A stretch of 43,869 nt of DNA from IMG/VR virus record IMGVR_UViG_3300031159_000005; one strand, given 5' to 3'. Below are positions 15,657 through 24,766 of the stretch, in pieces (positions within the stretch are counted from its first letter, which is position 1; every line of letters begins with the position of its first letter). The translations under genes and the position numbers were made by a program. Below the pieces are notes generated by a model. That model was not told the DNA's origin and searched no databases. It saw only the letters and a list, made by a program, of their open reading frames with translations. Origin of the DNA: a virus.

Positions 15657-15757
15657 AAAAGTGGCTAAATCGATTCGTGAGACGGTTGTCGCTCGCCGGA
15701 CCGGATCCGCGCAACCGGAAAGAGTGGCGGGAGAGGAAAAGAATTAATTACAGCTGA
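15653..15757 (+). CDS. Possible 34-aa Arg-rich micro-ORF
   Basis: Own translation: MKKWLNRFVRRLSLAGPDPRNRKEWRERKRINYS. Confidence 0.3.
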   Translation: MKKWLNRFVRRLSLAGPDPRNRKEWRERKRINYS

Positions 15758-15815
15758 TCTACAAAAAAAGGAAATTTCCTCCTTGTGTCGAAATTGTGAT
15801 GCGGGGAGGTGCACT

Positions 15816-16037
15816 ATGGAACTAAGATTAATCGAAAGGAAGATTTCTTCAGTTGGCTATGGAAATCATCACGGTAAGACTATCAACATGATTTATGAAT
15901 GTCCTTGTGGGAAAGGCACAGTGACATATGAAATTGATGATATCCCAGGATTCAAAAATTGGGATATTTACTGCGAGTGCAAAGACTGCAACGAAAAATA
16001 TGCCTTTAAAAGAGGCGGGATTGCTGAGATGAAATGA
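15816..16037 (+). CDS. 73-aa AT-rich Zn-ribbon-like hypothetical protein (CPCG...CECKDC)
   Basis: ATG 15816 lies 5 nt after GGGGAGGT. The track ORF opens at 15783. Confidence 0.55.
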   Translation: MELRLIERKISSVGYGNHHGKTINMIYECPCGKGTVTYEIDDIPGFKNWDIYCECKDCNEKYAFKRGGIAEMK

Positions 16038-16107
16038 GCGAGATATTGAAATTTTGTAGCACCTGCGGGTGCTTTTTCTTTTGCCATTTTTCAAGCGAGG
16101 TGGTGAT

Positions 16108-16716
16108 ATGCGGGAAGTCCAGCCGATCCGCGATCCCGAGTTGATCGTGGAAATCCAGAATTATTTGAAGGTTCGAAATTTCCGCAATTACCTGCTCTTC
16201 ACAATGGGGATCCACTGCGGGCTGCGCGTGTCGGACCTGTTGAGCCTCAAGGTAGGCGATGTCCGGGACCAGTTGCATATCAACTATGTCGCAAAGAAGA
16301 CCAGGAACCGCCGGAAGCGCCGGAAGGAGAGACGGTTTATCATTCATCCGTCGTACCGTGATGACCTGATGATCTACATTCAGGACATGGACGACGATGA
16401 ATATTTATTCGCATCGCGGCAAAAAAAATCAACCGGCGAAAAAGGGCTGCCGATCAGCCGGCAGATGGCCTGGCGAATGATTTCGGATGTCGCGCAGCGG
16501 TTCGGGCTCGAAGATATCGGTACACACTCGCTCCGGAAGACGTGGGGTTATCACATGATCATGAACGCCCCGCGTGAGCAGTGGGGCTATGTCATGGCGT
16601 TACTCATGGAAGCGTTCGGACACGAGTCGCAGGAGGTCACTTTGCGGTATTTGGGGCTCACTCAGGACATGCTCGACCGCATGATTCTGAGGTTGAGTTT
16701 TACAAAAACCGGGTGA
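16108..16716 (+). CDS. Short (202 aa) tyrosine recombinase-family protein, catalytic domain only
   Basis: GLRVSDL (Arg I), THSLRKTW (HxxR), FGHES..VTLRYL (His/Tyr) in canonical order. No N-terminal core-binding domain. Confidence 0.7.
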   Translation: MREVQPIRDPELIVEIQNYLKVRNFRNYLLFTMGIHCGLRVSDLLSLKVGDVRDQLHINYVAKKTRNRRKRRKERRFIIHPSYRDDLMIYIQDMDDDEYLFASRQKKSTGEKGLPISRQMAWRMISDVAQRFGLEDIGTHSLRKTWGYHMIMNAPREQWGYVMALLMEAFGHESQEVTLRYLGLTQDMLDRMILRLSFTKTG

Positions 16717-16788
16717 CTGTCAAACTCAAAATTCACAGCCGCAGAAGCCTTGAAAATTGCGGAATCAGCGAATTTACGAGTTTGACAG
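16717..16788. repeat. Perfect 11-bp inverted repeat CTGTCAAACTC / GAGTTTGACAG separated by 50 bp, immediately after the recombinase stop
   Basis: Read directly (16717-16727 and 16778-16788). Further partial pairing inside. Confidence 0.8.
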
Positions 16789-16833
16789 AATTATGTTTAA
16801 GTAAATCTTAAATGCAATTATCTGGAAAATCTG

Positions 16834-16857
16834 CCGAGGGAAAATCCTCGGTTTTTT
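16834..16857 (+). terminator. Intrinsic terminator CCGAGG-gaaaat-CCTCGG + TTTTTT
   Basis: Read directly. Confidence 0.8.
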
Positions 16858-16900
16858 CGTTGTTTCGTTCGGAATGCTTCCAGCATGAAAACGTTTCAAC

Positions 16901-17659
16901 GTGAAAACAACTCAACCTGTCGGAGGTGGGGTGGATGTAGTGGCGCCGAAACGAAGTCCGCTTGAACGGAAAGCCTTCAAAATGTGGGCCGCAGCCGGCC
17001 GCCCGCGGCAGTTGAAATGGATCGCGGACGAGCTCGGTGTTTCGCCGGAAATGATCCGCAAGTGGAAGCATTATTACAAGTGGGACGATCGCGAAGATCC
17101 GCGGCCCGGGGCGCCGCGCGGCAATAAGAACGCCGTCGGCAACAAGGGTGGCGCGCCGAAGGGGAACAGGAACGCGTTCAAGCACGGGCTCTACGCGAAA
17201 TATCTGCCCGAAGAGGTCCTGGAGATCGCCAAAGAGATCGAGGACAGCGACCCGCTCGACATGCTCTGGAACAACATCATCATCCTGCAAGCCAAACTGC
17301 TGCACGGGCAGAAAATCATACATGTCCGGGATCAGAACGATCTTACGCGAGTGCTGAAGCGTGAAAAACTTGGTGTTATGGTCGAGGAGCGCGAATATGA
17401 ATTGCAATTTGCCTGGGACAAGTTCGCGGCTGCCTCCAAAGCCGAGGTTACGATCATGCGCGAGTTCCGCGCCGCAGTCAAGCAATTCCTTGATGTCGCC
17501 CCCGAAAACGACGAGCGCCGGGCGAAGCTGGAGCTTATGCAGGCGCAGGTTGCCAAACTCCGGGCCGAGACGAAAGAACTGGAGGGAGACAGCGAGGGCA
17601 ATGTGACCATCGTCGACGACATCCCGTATGTGCCGCCGGCAGGTGATGCAGATGGTTAA
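16901..17659 (+). CDS. terS: Terminase small subunit (start uncertain: GTG 16901, 16931 or 16940)
   Basis: N-terminal HTH-like KWIADELGVSPEMIRKWK, repeated GAPRGNKNAVGNKGGAPKGNRNAFKHG motif typical of this TerS family, and position before terL. Confidence 0.75.
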   Translation: MKTTQPVGGGVDVVAPKRSPLERKAFKMWAAAGRPRQLKWIADELGVSPEMIRKWKHYYKWDDREDPRPGAPRGNKNAVGNKGGAPKGNRNAFKHGLYAKYLPEEVLEIAKEIEDSDPLDMLWNNIIILQAKLLHGQKIIHVRDQNDLTRVLKREKLGVMVEEREYELQFAWDKFAAASKAEVTIMREFRAAVKQFLDVAPENDERRAKLELMQAQVAKLRAETKELEGDSEGNVTIVDDIPYVPPAGDADG

Positions 17660-18905
17660 TCTGACGAATTTGATCGCGGCATCGTTCTATGCTCTGTACC
17701 ACCTGATCAAGTCTGGAACATACACGCATTGGTGGCTAAAAGGCGGACGGGGCAGCACAAAGTCATCATTCATATCACTGGTCATCATCCTCGGCATCAT
17801 GCGCAATCCCGGGACGCATGCGGTCGTATTGCGTAAAGTCGCAGCGAACCTGAAAGACAGCGTATATGAGCAACTGCTGTGGGCGATCGACGTGCTCGGC
17901 GTCAACCACAAGTGGAAGGAGAAGCTCAGTCCGCTCGAGCTTGTTTACTTGCCGACCGGCCAGCGCATCATTTTCCGCGGCGCCGACAAACCGAAGAAAA
18001 TCAAGTCGATCAAAGTCAAGAAGGGTTACATCCGCTGGATCTGGTTCGAGGAAGTCGACGAGTTCAACGGTCCGGAGGAAATTCGGGTCATCAATCAGTC
18101 GCTGATGCGTGGCGGCCAGAAATTCGACGTGTTCTATTCGTTTAACCCGCCGCGATCTGTGGCGAGTTGGGTGAACACCGTCGTTCTGGAAAAGCGGCCG
18201 GACACCTACGTGCATCACAGCACTTATTTGGACGTGCCGCGCGAATGGCTCGGGGAACAGTTCCTGATCGAGGCCGAACACCTGAGGGCTGTCAATGAAG
18301 CCGCGTATGAACACGAGTATCTCGGCAAAGCGAATGGCACAGGCGGCGAGGTATTCACGAATGTCAAGGCGCGCATCATCACGGACGAGGAAATCGCCAG
18401 GTTCGACCGGATATACCGCGGCGTCGACTTCGGTTATGCCGCCGACCCGCTGCACTATACGGAATGCTATTACGACAAGACGCGCAGGCGTCTTTTTATT
18501 TTCTTCGAAATTCACAAGGTCGGCTTGAAAAACCGGCTTGCCGTGGAGCAAATCAAGCGACAAAACACCAGTAACCGGCAAGTTGTCGCCGATTCCGCCG
18601 AACCGCGCACGATTGCCGAATTTCATGACCTAGGTCTGAATATCGTTGGGGCCAAAAAGGGTCCTGACAGCGTGGAACACGGCATTAAGTTCCTTCAGGA
18701 CTTGGAGGAAATCATCATTGATCCGGTGCGCTGCCCGAACACCGTCCGCGAATTCACGCAGTACGAGCTGGAAAAGGACGCGAACGGGAACTGGAAAGCT
18801 GGCTACCCGGACAGGAACAACCACAGCATCGACGCGGTGCGGTACGCGCTTGAGAGCGAGATCAACATGAGACGCGTCAAAGCAGCGCCGTCCGTCGCAC
18901 GATAG
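17652..18905 (+). CDS. terL: Terminase large subunit, PBSX-type
   Basis: WWLKGGRGSTKSS Walker A, WFEEVDE Walker B. C-terminal nuclease region with DSAEP...NHSIDAVRY. The ORF opens at 17628; ATG 17652 best fits AGGTG. Confidence 0.9.
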   Translation: MVNLTNLIAASFYALYHLIKSGTYTHWWLKGGRGSTKSSFISLVIILGIMRNPGTHAVVLRKVAANLKDSVYEQLLWAIDVLGVNHKWKEKLSPLELVYLPTGQRIIFRGADKPKKIKSIKVKKGYIRWIWFEEVDEFNGPEEIRVINQSLMRGGQKFDVFYSFNPPRSVASWVNTVVLEKRPDTYVHHSTYLDVPREWLGEQFLIEAEHLRAVNEAAYEHEYLGKANGTGGEVFTNVKARIITDEEIARFDRIYRGVDFGYAADPLHYTECYYDKTRRRLFIFFEIHKVGLKNRLAVEQIKRQNTSNRQVVADSAEPRTIAEFHDLGLNIVGAKKGPDSVEHGIKFLQDLEEIIIDPVRCPNTVREFTQYELEKDANGNWKAGYPDRNNHSIDAVRYALESEINMRRVKAAPSVAR

Positions 18906-18917
18906 GAGGTGATCAAT

Positions 18918-20282
18918 TTGCTGCCAGACTTCACGTACGAAATCGAACAGATCCAGGCCGGCGGCATCACGTCAGACCTCGTCAAGCGCATCCTGAAGAA
19001 GTTTGAGCCGCGCCAGACGGAAATGATGGGGCTGTATTTGCGGTACCTTTGTGACCGCCACGGCGTGCCAATTTTCCGGCGCCGCTTGGATGACAGTCGA
19101 AAGGTCAACAACATGCTCGCCAACGATTATCTGGGCGAAATCGTCGACATGAAGACCGGCTATTTTGCCGGAAATCCGATCTCGTACAACTACAGCAAGG
19201 ACGTGGAGGGGTACGAGGCGGCGCAGAACCTGATCACGAGATTTTCCGCCGAGAACAATTTGCCGGATCTCGACGTCGAAACGACGAAAATGGCTGCGAT
19301 CTGCGGTTACGGCGCCCGATTGCTCTACATCGACAAGCAAGCACGCGAGCGGGTGAAAAATCTGCCGGCCTACGGTACGGTGATCCTCACCTCCAGCGGC
19401 GACATCACCGAGCCGGAATATGCGCTGTATGTGTACGTCGTGCTGAACGAAAATAACAGCCCGATCCGGAAGGTTGAGTTTTACGACGAGGCGAAAACGC
19501 ACTATTTTATCGAAACCCGCTCGAACAGCGGAAGCTTTCGGGTCGAGAAGGAGCCGGAGCCGCATCCATTCGGTATATGCCCGGTGGTGGGCTATCCGAA
19601 CAATGCCGAGCTGCAGGGTGATGCCGAAAAGGTGCTCAGTCTGATTGACGCAGTTGACCGCACCATGTCAGATGTCAACAGCGAGATCGAGGCTTTCCGC
19701 CTTGCATATATGGCGTTTATCGGCGGCCAGATCGACGAGGAGACGCTGAATGAAGCACGCAAGACTGGAGCGTTCAACATCCCAGATGGCGGCGATATCA
19801 AATTCATCACGAAGCAGCTGGATGACGACATTGTCGAACATCATTTGGACAGGCTTCATGACAACATCTACCGGTTTTCAAAGACTCCCGACCTTTCCGA
19901 CGAGGCGTTCGGCAGCGGTTCGCAGTCCGGTGAAGCGCGCAAATATAAGCTGCTGGGCCTTGAAATGAAAACCGGCTTCTTCGAGAACAAATTCCGCTCG
20001 GCCAGCAAGCGCATGTTCGAGCTGCTCGCCAGACCGTGGAACATGAAAAAGCCGTCGCTGCAGTTCGATCCGCTTAACGTGTGGTACGAATTCAAGCGGA
20101 ATTTCCCGAAAGATCTGCTCTATGAAGCGCAAGCGACGCAGCAACTCAAGGGCATGGTCAGCGAGCAGACGCGGCTTAGCCAGCTTTCGTTCGTCGATGA
20201 CGCGCAGTACGAAATGGAACTCATGCGGAAAGAGCGGGATGAGATCCCTGACCTGGAGTTGGACGAGGGCGATGAAGTATGA
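18918..20282 (+). CDS. Portal protein (SPP1 gp6-like)
   Basis: Size and position after terL. NDYLGEIVDMKTGYFAGNPISY-type N-terminal region. TTG 18918 lies 8 nt after TAGGAGG. Confidence 0.8.
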   Translation: MLPDFTYEIEQIQAGGITSDLVKRILKKFEPRQTEMMGLYLRYLCDRHGVPIFRRRLDDSRKVNNMLANDYLGEIVDMKTGYFAGNPISYNYSKDVEGYEAAQNLITRFSAENNLPDLDVETTKMAAICGYGARLLYIDKQARERVKNLPAYGTVILTSSGDITEPEYALYVYVVLNENNSPIRKVEFYDEAKTHYFIETRSNSGSFRVEKEPEPHPFGICPVVGYPNNAELQGDAEKVLSLIDAVDRTMSDVNSEIEAFRLAYMAFIGGQIDEETLNEARKTGAFNIPDGGDIKFITKQLDDDIVEHHLDRLHDNIYRFSKTPDLSDEAFGSGSQSGEARKYKLLGLEMKTGFFENKFRSASKRMFELLARPWNMKKPSLQFDPLNVWYEFKRNFPKDLLYEAQATQQLKGMVSEQTRLSQLSFVDDAQYEMELMRKERDEIPDLELDEGDEV

Positions 20283-21196
20283 GTCTGGACAAGTACGAAG
20301 ACGAGCTCCGCAAAACGAACGAAGAGCAGACGGCCATGACTGAAGCACAGATTCGTCGGAACTTCGAAATCGCGCTGCATGGCATCATTTCGGAGATCGG
20401 ACTGCTGTACGCGAAGCTGGAGACCGACGGGAAGCTTACTTACGCTGACATGGCGAAATATTCTCGCCTTCGCAAGCTGGAACGCCGGATTCTGGACCAA
20501 GTTGATCAGATGAGCGTGAAGAATCAGCGGGCGATCAAGAAGCTTCTGCGGTCGTCGTATTCGCATTCCTACGAATGGATGGCCTGGGCGATCGAAAAGG
20601 AGAGCCGGGCGCGGTTGGCGTACCGAGCAATTCCAGCTGACCGCATCGATCGAATCATTGATGAGCCGATCGGCGGCCGTCCGCTGAAAGGCCGATTGTC
20701 CCAACTGAGGAAGCAGACGGCAGACGAGATGTTCCGCCGCATCACGGCCAATCTGGTCGAGGGAAGCACGATGCGGAAGATGACGGACAGCGTCAAGGAA
20801 GTGCTGAACACGAGCCATGCGGACACGATTCGGATCGTCCGGACGGAAGCGCACCGGATACAGGAGGCTGCGACGCTCGCTAGCGCGCAGCATGCGACAG
20901 AGCAGGGCGTTGTCATGCTGAAAAAGTGGAACAGTCTCCATGACGAAAAAGTGCGGCGTACAGCGGCGGCCAACCATCGCGCGATGGACGGACAGGAAGT
21001 GCGAGCGGATGAAGATTTCGAACTGCGGCCGGGCGGTGGGAAAGGGAAAGCGCCAGGAAACACTGGCGTCGCCGCACACGACATCAATTGCCGTTGCTTC
21101 GCGACGTATCGGATCGGCGAAATTCAGCGGAAAGAGCACAAAGAATTAGCGGATTTGACGTTCGAAGAGTGGAAGAAGGAAAGGTTACGGAAGTGA
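20279..21196 (+). CDS. Head morphogenesis protein (SPP1 gp7 / Mu F-like)
   Basis: C-terminal NHRAMDGQEV...F.L.PG......NCRC signature. ATGA overlap with portal. Confidence 0.8.
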   Translation: MSLDKYEDELRKTNEEQTAMTEAQIRRNFEIALHGIISEIGLLYAKLETDGKLTYADMAKYSRLRKLERRILDQVDQMSVKNQRAIKKLLRSSYSHSYEWMAWAIEKESRARLAYRAIPADRIDRIIDEPIGGRPLKGRLSQLRKQTADEMFRRITANLVEGSTMRKMTDSVKEVLNTSHADTIRIVRTEAHRIQEAATLASAQHATEQGVVMLKKWNSLHDEKVRRTAAANHRAMDGQEVRADEDFELRPGGGKGKAPGNTGVAAHDINCRCFATYRIGEIQRKEHKELADLTFEEWKKERLRK

Positions 21197-21234
21197 TTTA
21201 TGATAAAATATTGCTAAAGATGCAGAAAGGGTGA

Positions 21235-21504
21235 ATGAACATGAATGTCAGTAGCCTAGAAAACCTAGCAACGGGAGTATTGTTATCTAGATACCTCGGG
21301 CCAGAACATAAAATTATTATCCGCATGGATAATTTTGTCGCTGAGATGAAAACACGGTACGAAAAACTGGGAATAAGGTTTGATGGCGACAAATTTAAAG
21401 AAAGGGTCATTCAAATTCATGAAAGAACAGCACTTTCTATGTCAGAAGCCTTCGAGCAAGAGAAAGAAAAAGAACAAGACGCGTTTCGCGAGCTGCTCAA
21501 ATGA
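21235..21504 (+). CDS. AT-rich 89-aa hypothetical protein (moron between the head genes)
   Basis: ORF track. Composition clearly lower in GC than the flanks. Has its own terminator. Confidence 0.55.
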   Translation: MNMNVSSLENLATGVLLSRYLGPEHKIIIRMDNFVAEMKTRYEKLGIRFDGDKFKERVIQIHERTALSMSEAFEQEKEKEQDAFRELLK

Positions 21505-21520
21505 GTGGCTTTTTTATTTC
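21491..21520 (+). terminator. Terminator-like hairpin AGCTGCTCA..TGAGTGGCT (two G-U pairs) + TTTTTTATTT
   Basis: Read directly; overlaps the moron stop codon. Confidence 0.5.
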
Positions 21521-21599
21521 ACAAAAACCTTGAGGGCGGGTGTCAGCGAACTCAAACGCAGGGCGCGGGCATGGCCGAACTCGAAATGGAGGATTGCGC

Positions 21600-22241
21600 A
21601 TGTTTGTCGATCTGTTGAAATTTACGCCGGCTTTCGCGGCAGATGGTGGCCAAGGTGGGGGAACTGGCGGCGCAGGAGCCGAACAGGGCCAACAAGGCGG
21701 CCAGGGGAATGGTGCAGGTACTGGCGCGGATAAAGGCGGCGCAGGAGGCGATTCTGGCGGTCAGACGAGTTTTCAACCGACACCGGAAATGGAAGCCTGG
21801 CTGCAGAAGCAAATCCAGTCCGCGGAGGACCGGGTCCGCACGCAGTACGTCAAGCAGCTCAAACAGCTGGAGCAGGAGAAAGATGCCCTGCTCAAGGAGA
21901 AGATGACCGAGGAAGAGCGGGCCAAATACGAGCTTGAAAAACAGCGCCGGGAACTTTTCGAGAAGGAAGCAGCCCTGAAGCGGCAGACGGTCGAACTGGA
22001 AGCGACAAACCTTCTGGCAGCCGCGCAGTTGCCGATCACGTTCAAGCCGTTCGTGCTCGGCGACGACGTCGACGACACGAAAAGGCGCATCGAGGACTTC
22101 AAGAAGCTGTGGGATGCCGCTGTTTCCGAAGAAGTCACGAAGCGCATGGCTGCCGGCGGTAGGAAGCCACCCGGCGACGGAGCCGGCGGAAAAGCCGGTT
22201 TTTCAATGAACGATCTCATTAGAGGCGCCCTGGGGCGCTAA
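21600..22241 (+). CDS. Capsid scaffolding protein
   Basis: Gly/Gln-rich N-terminus, then a long charged coiled coil. Position between the gp7-like and capsid genes. ATG 21600 lies 6 nt after GGAGGA. Confidence 0.7.
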   Translation: MFVDLLKFTPAFAADGGQGGGTGGAGAEQGQQGGQGNGAGTGADKGGAGGDSGGQTSFQPTPEMEAWLQKQIQSAEDRVRTQYVKQLKQLEQEKDALLKEKMTEEERAKYELEKQRRELFEKEAALKRQTVELEATNLLAAAQLPITFKPFVLGDDVDDTKRRIEDFKKLWDAAVSEEVTKRMAAGGRKPPGDGAGGKAGFSMNDLIRGALGR

Positions 22242-22267
22242 TTTCATTTGTGGAGAGTGATTGAACA

Positions 22268-23221
22268 ATGGCAGTGAACGTCATTCAGCGTACCGACGCG
22301 GAAGCTCTGATCCCCGTCGAAGTCGCAAACGAAATCATTCAAGGCGTACCTCAAATGTCGGCTGTCATGCAGCTCGGCACGCGCCTGCCGAACATGACGG
22401 CGAAGCAAAAGCGCATGCCGGTCCTGAATAGCCTGCCGATGGCTTACTTTGTGAACGGCGACACCGGCACGAAACAGACGACGAAGGTCGACTGGAAAAA
22501 CAAATTTCTCGAGGCCGAGGAAATCGCAGTCATTGTGCCGATTCCGGAGGCCGTTTTGGACGACAGCGAATATGACATCTGGGGCCAAATCCGGCCGCGG
22601 ATCGAGGCCGCATTCGGCGAAGTGTTCGACGCCGCTGTGCTTTACGGCACGAACAAGCCGGCGACGTGGCCGGATGGCATCGTGACGCAGGCTACGGCCA
22701 AAGGTAAGGTTGTCGCGCTCGGAACGGGCAATGACCTGTACGACGACATCATGGCCGAGGGCGGCGTGATCGACCTGGTCGAACAGTCCGGATTCATGGT
22801 CAATGGCCATGTAGCCGCGATGTCCATGCGTGCGAAGCTGCGCGGCCTGCGTGACACCGACGGACAGCCGATTTTCAAGGCGACGATGCAGGAAGGAACC
22901 CGGTACCAGCTGGACGGCGAACCGATGATCTTCCCGCAGAACGGAAGTGTCGATCCGTCGAAGTCGCTGCTGATCGCGGGCGATTGGCGGCAGCTGGTTT
23001 ACTCGATCCGGCAGGATATGACGTACAAAATCCTGACCGAAGCCGTCATCCAAGACCCGGCCACGGGCGAGATCGTGTACAACCTCGCCCAGCAGGACAT
23101 GGTGGCGCTGCGCTGCGTGATGCGTTTGGCGTGGCAAATCCCGAACCCGATCAACCAATTGGATCGGGACGAAAACACCCGGTTCATGTTCTCGGTCCTG
23201 ACGCCGCCGGCTTCGCCGTAA
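22268..23221 (+). CDS. Major capsid protein
   Basis: 317 aa, placed after the scaffold gene and followed by a strong terminator. Sequence is typical of HK97-fold capsid families of Firmicute phages. Confidence 0.8.
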   Translation: MAVNVIQRTDAEALIPVEVANEIIQGVPQMSAVMQLGTRLPNMTAKQKRMPVLNSLPMAYFVNGDTGTKQTTKVDWKNKFLEAEEIAVIVPIPEAVLDDSEYDIWGQIRPRIEAAFGEVFDAAVLYGTNKPATWPDGIVTQATAKGKVVALGTGNDLYDDIMAEGGVIDLVEQSGFMVNGHVAAMSMRAKLRGLRDTDGQPIFKATMQEGTRYQLDGEPMIFPQNGSVDPSKSLLIAGDWRQLVYSIRQDMTYKILTEAVIQDPATGEIVYNLAQQDMVALRCVMRLAWQIPNPINQLDRDENTRFMFSVLTPPASP

Positions 23222-23229
23222 GGATTTGA

Positions 23230-23264
23230 CCCTGCGGGAAAACACCTTCCGCAGGGTATTTTTT
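23230..23264 (+). terminator. Intrinsic terminator CCCTGCGG-aaaacacctt-CCGCAGGG + TATTTTTT
   Basis: Read directly. Confidence 0.85.
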
Positions 23265-23274
23265 CGATGAAAGG

Positions 23275-23505
23275 GTGATTGGTGTGGCACAAGTCGAAAT
23301 GTTGGTGAACACGTTTTACAAGCAACCGCTGAGGCCGGGCGATATCGTCGAGGTCGATACTGCGGTTGCAGCGCGCTGGGAAAGGAACGGAATCGCCAAA
23401 TGGGTTGCAAATGCTCCTGACGATCCGTCCGCCTTCGAAGTCGCTCCGCCTCCGGAAGAACAGCCGAAGCCCAAGAGAGGCGGCAAGAAAAATGATGCTG
23501 AATGA
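23275..23505 (+). CDS. Hypothetical head-associated protein (76 aa)
   Basis: ORF track; GTG start after GAAAGGG. Confidence 0.5.
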   Translation: MIGVAQVEMLVNTFYKQPLRPGDIVEVDTAVAARWERNGIAKWVANAPDDPSAFEVAPPPEEQPKPKRGGKKNDAE

Positions 23506-23929
23506 ACTGAAAACCTTGCTCGGCATCTCGCCTGACGACACGTCGAAGGACGATCTGCTCAACATCCTTCTGCCGGCCGCAATCGACTTTGTGGTCGAGT
23601 GGACGCAAAACGAGTTCACGAAGGACGAGGGCGGTGACATCATTCTTCCCTCCGCCGTGAAGTTGGCCATCAGCATGATGATTCAGGCGGTGTTGACCGC
23701 GGGCGTCGGATCGGAAGGCGGGGCTGCCGGCATGGTCGAATCCGAGCGCGTCGGGCAGTTGCAGCAGACATTCCGCAATCCGGCTGAACTTTGGACGACC
23801 GGCGGTGGCATCAATGGAGCGTCCGGCGGCAGTACGGCGCCGTGGTTCGCGCTGCTCAAACCGTACAGGCGTATCCGGTTTGTGCCTACCGGCGGGGCGT
23901 GCAAGCGAGATGTGCTGCCATGCCCGTAA
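23492..23929 (+). CDS. Head-tail connector (gp6/gp15-like adaptor)
   Basis: N-terminal LNELKTLLGISPDDTSKDDLLNILLPAAIDFV pattern typical of head-tail connector proteins. Confidence 0.6.
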   Translation: MMLNELKTLLGISPDDTSKDDLLNILLPAAIDFVVEWTQNEFTKDEGGDIILPSAVKLAISMMIQAVLTAGVGSEGGAAGMVESERVGQLQQTFRNPAELWTTGGGINGASGGSTAPWFALLKPYRRIRFVPTGGACKRDVLPCP

Positions 23930-24417
23930 GGGTGCATGACCAGAACCGTATTCCCCGACTGCTGAAGGAACTGGATACGCTCGGAAAGCGAAAAATCCGG
24001 GTTGGCATCATGGGCGGCGATATGGCCATGATCGGCGCGGTGCATGAATTCGGCGCCCGAATTCCGGTGACCGACAAGATGCGCAAGTGGTTCGCTGCGC
24101 AGGGGTACCCGTTGCGGAAGGAAACGACGCATATCGTCATTCCGGAACGCTCATTCATCCGGGCGGGCTTCGATGAGAACGAGAAATCGTTTTTGGAAGA
24201 AGCGAAAAAGTGGTTGATCGAGGCGTTCCGGAAGGGCACGCCGACAGATACGGTTCTGGATGCGCTCGGCCTACAACTGCAGGGGATGATGCAGACATAC
24301 CTGCGCAACGTCAACGAACCGCCGCTGTCCCAGATGACCGTTGAGATGACCGGGCGGAGCAATCCGCTGGTGCACACCGGCCACCTGCTTCGTGCGATCG
24401 TCTATGAGGTGGTGTAG
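23920..24417 (+). CDS. HK97 gp10-like neck/tail-attachment protein
   Basis: Pattern ..LGKRKIRVGI...A.IGAVHEFG....P.RSFIR..FDEN... and position. Confidence 0.55.
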   Translation: MPVRVHDQNRIPRLLKELDTLGKRKIRVGIMGGDMAMIGAVHEFGARIPVTDKMRKWFAAQGYPLRKETTHIVIPERSFIRAGFDENEKSFLEEAKKWLIEAFRKGTPTDTVLDALGLQLQGMMQTYLRNVNEPPLSQMTVEMTGRSNPLVHTGHLLRAIVYEVV

Positions 24418-24418
24418 C

Positions 24419-24766
24419 ATGCCGAGACTGTACAATTTTGCGCGCTTGATTGATAAATACAGCGTCCCGTGCCAGCACATCACCAGCCAGCCCGGGTACT
24501 ACGACGATGACGGCATTTGGCATGCGCCGGGGGACGTGACGAGGGACACGAAGGCGGCCATCCTGCCGGTGCCGGAGCGCACGCTGTACGAATCCGGCGG
24601 GCGATACATGGCGGCGGATCGGCTGATCATTTCGCTGGAGCAGTACCCGATGCAATCGCACATCGTGTACAAGGGGCAAAAGTACCGGATCGAAGAAACG
24701 GCGGACTACACCGAATATGCGGACTTTTATCAATATCTCGCAAAGTGGGTGAGCGCCGTTGCTTGA
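24419..24766 (+). CDS. Neck protein (head-closure-like), 115 aa
   Basis: Position. RBS GAGGTGG upstream of ATG 24419. Confidence 0.45.
   Translation: MPRLYNFARLIDKYSVPCQHITSQPGYYDDDGIWHAPGDVTRDTKAAILPVPERTLYESGGRYMAADRLIISLEQYPMQSHIVYKGQKYRIEETADYTEYADFYQYLAKWVSAVA

Noticed and set aside
20120-21139. 339-aa minus-strand ORF over the head-morphogenesis gene; similarly 11509-12354, 17775-18626, 8117-8734 and 7108-7713
   Set aside because: All are antisense to genes with recognisable motifs, with no ribosome-binding sites and biased Arg/Leu/Pro composition.
22244-23608. 454-aa minus-strand ORF across the capsid gene region
   Set aside because: It is antisense to a recognisable major capsid protein and to the strong + strand terminator. 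The composition is a GC-driven shadow ORF with no RBS or motif.
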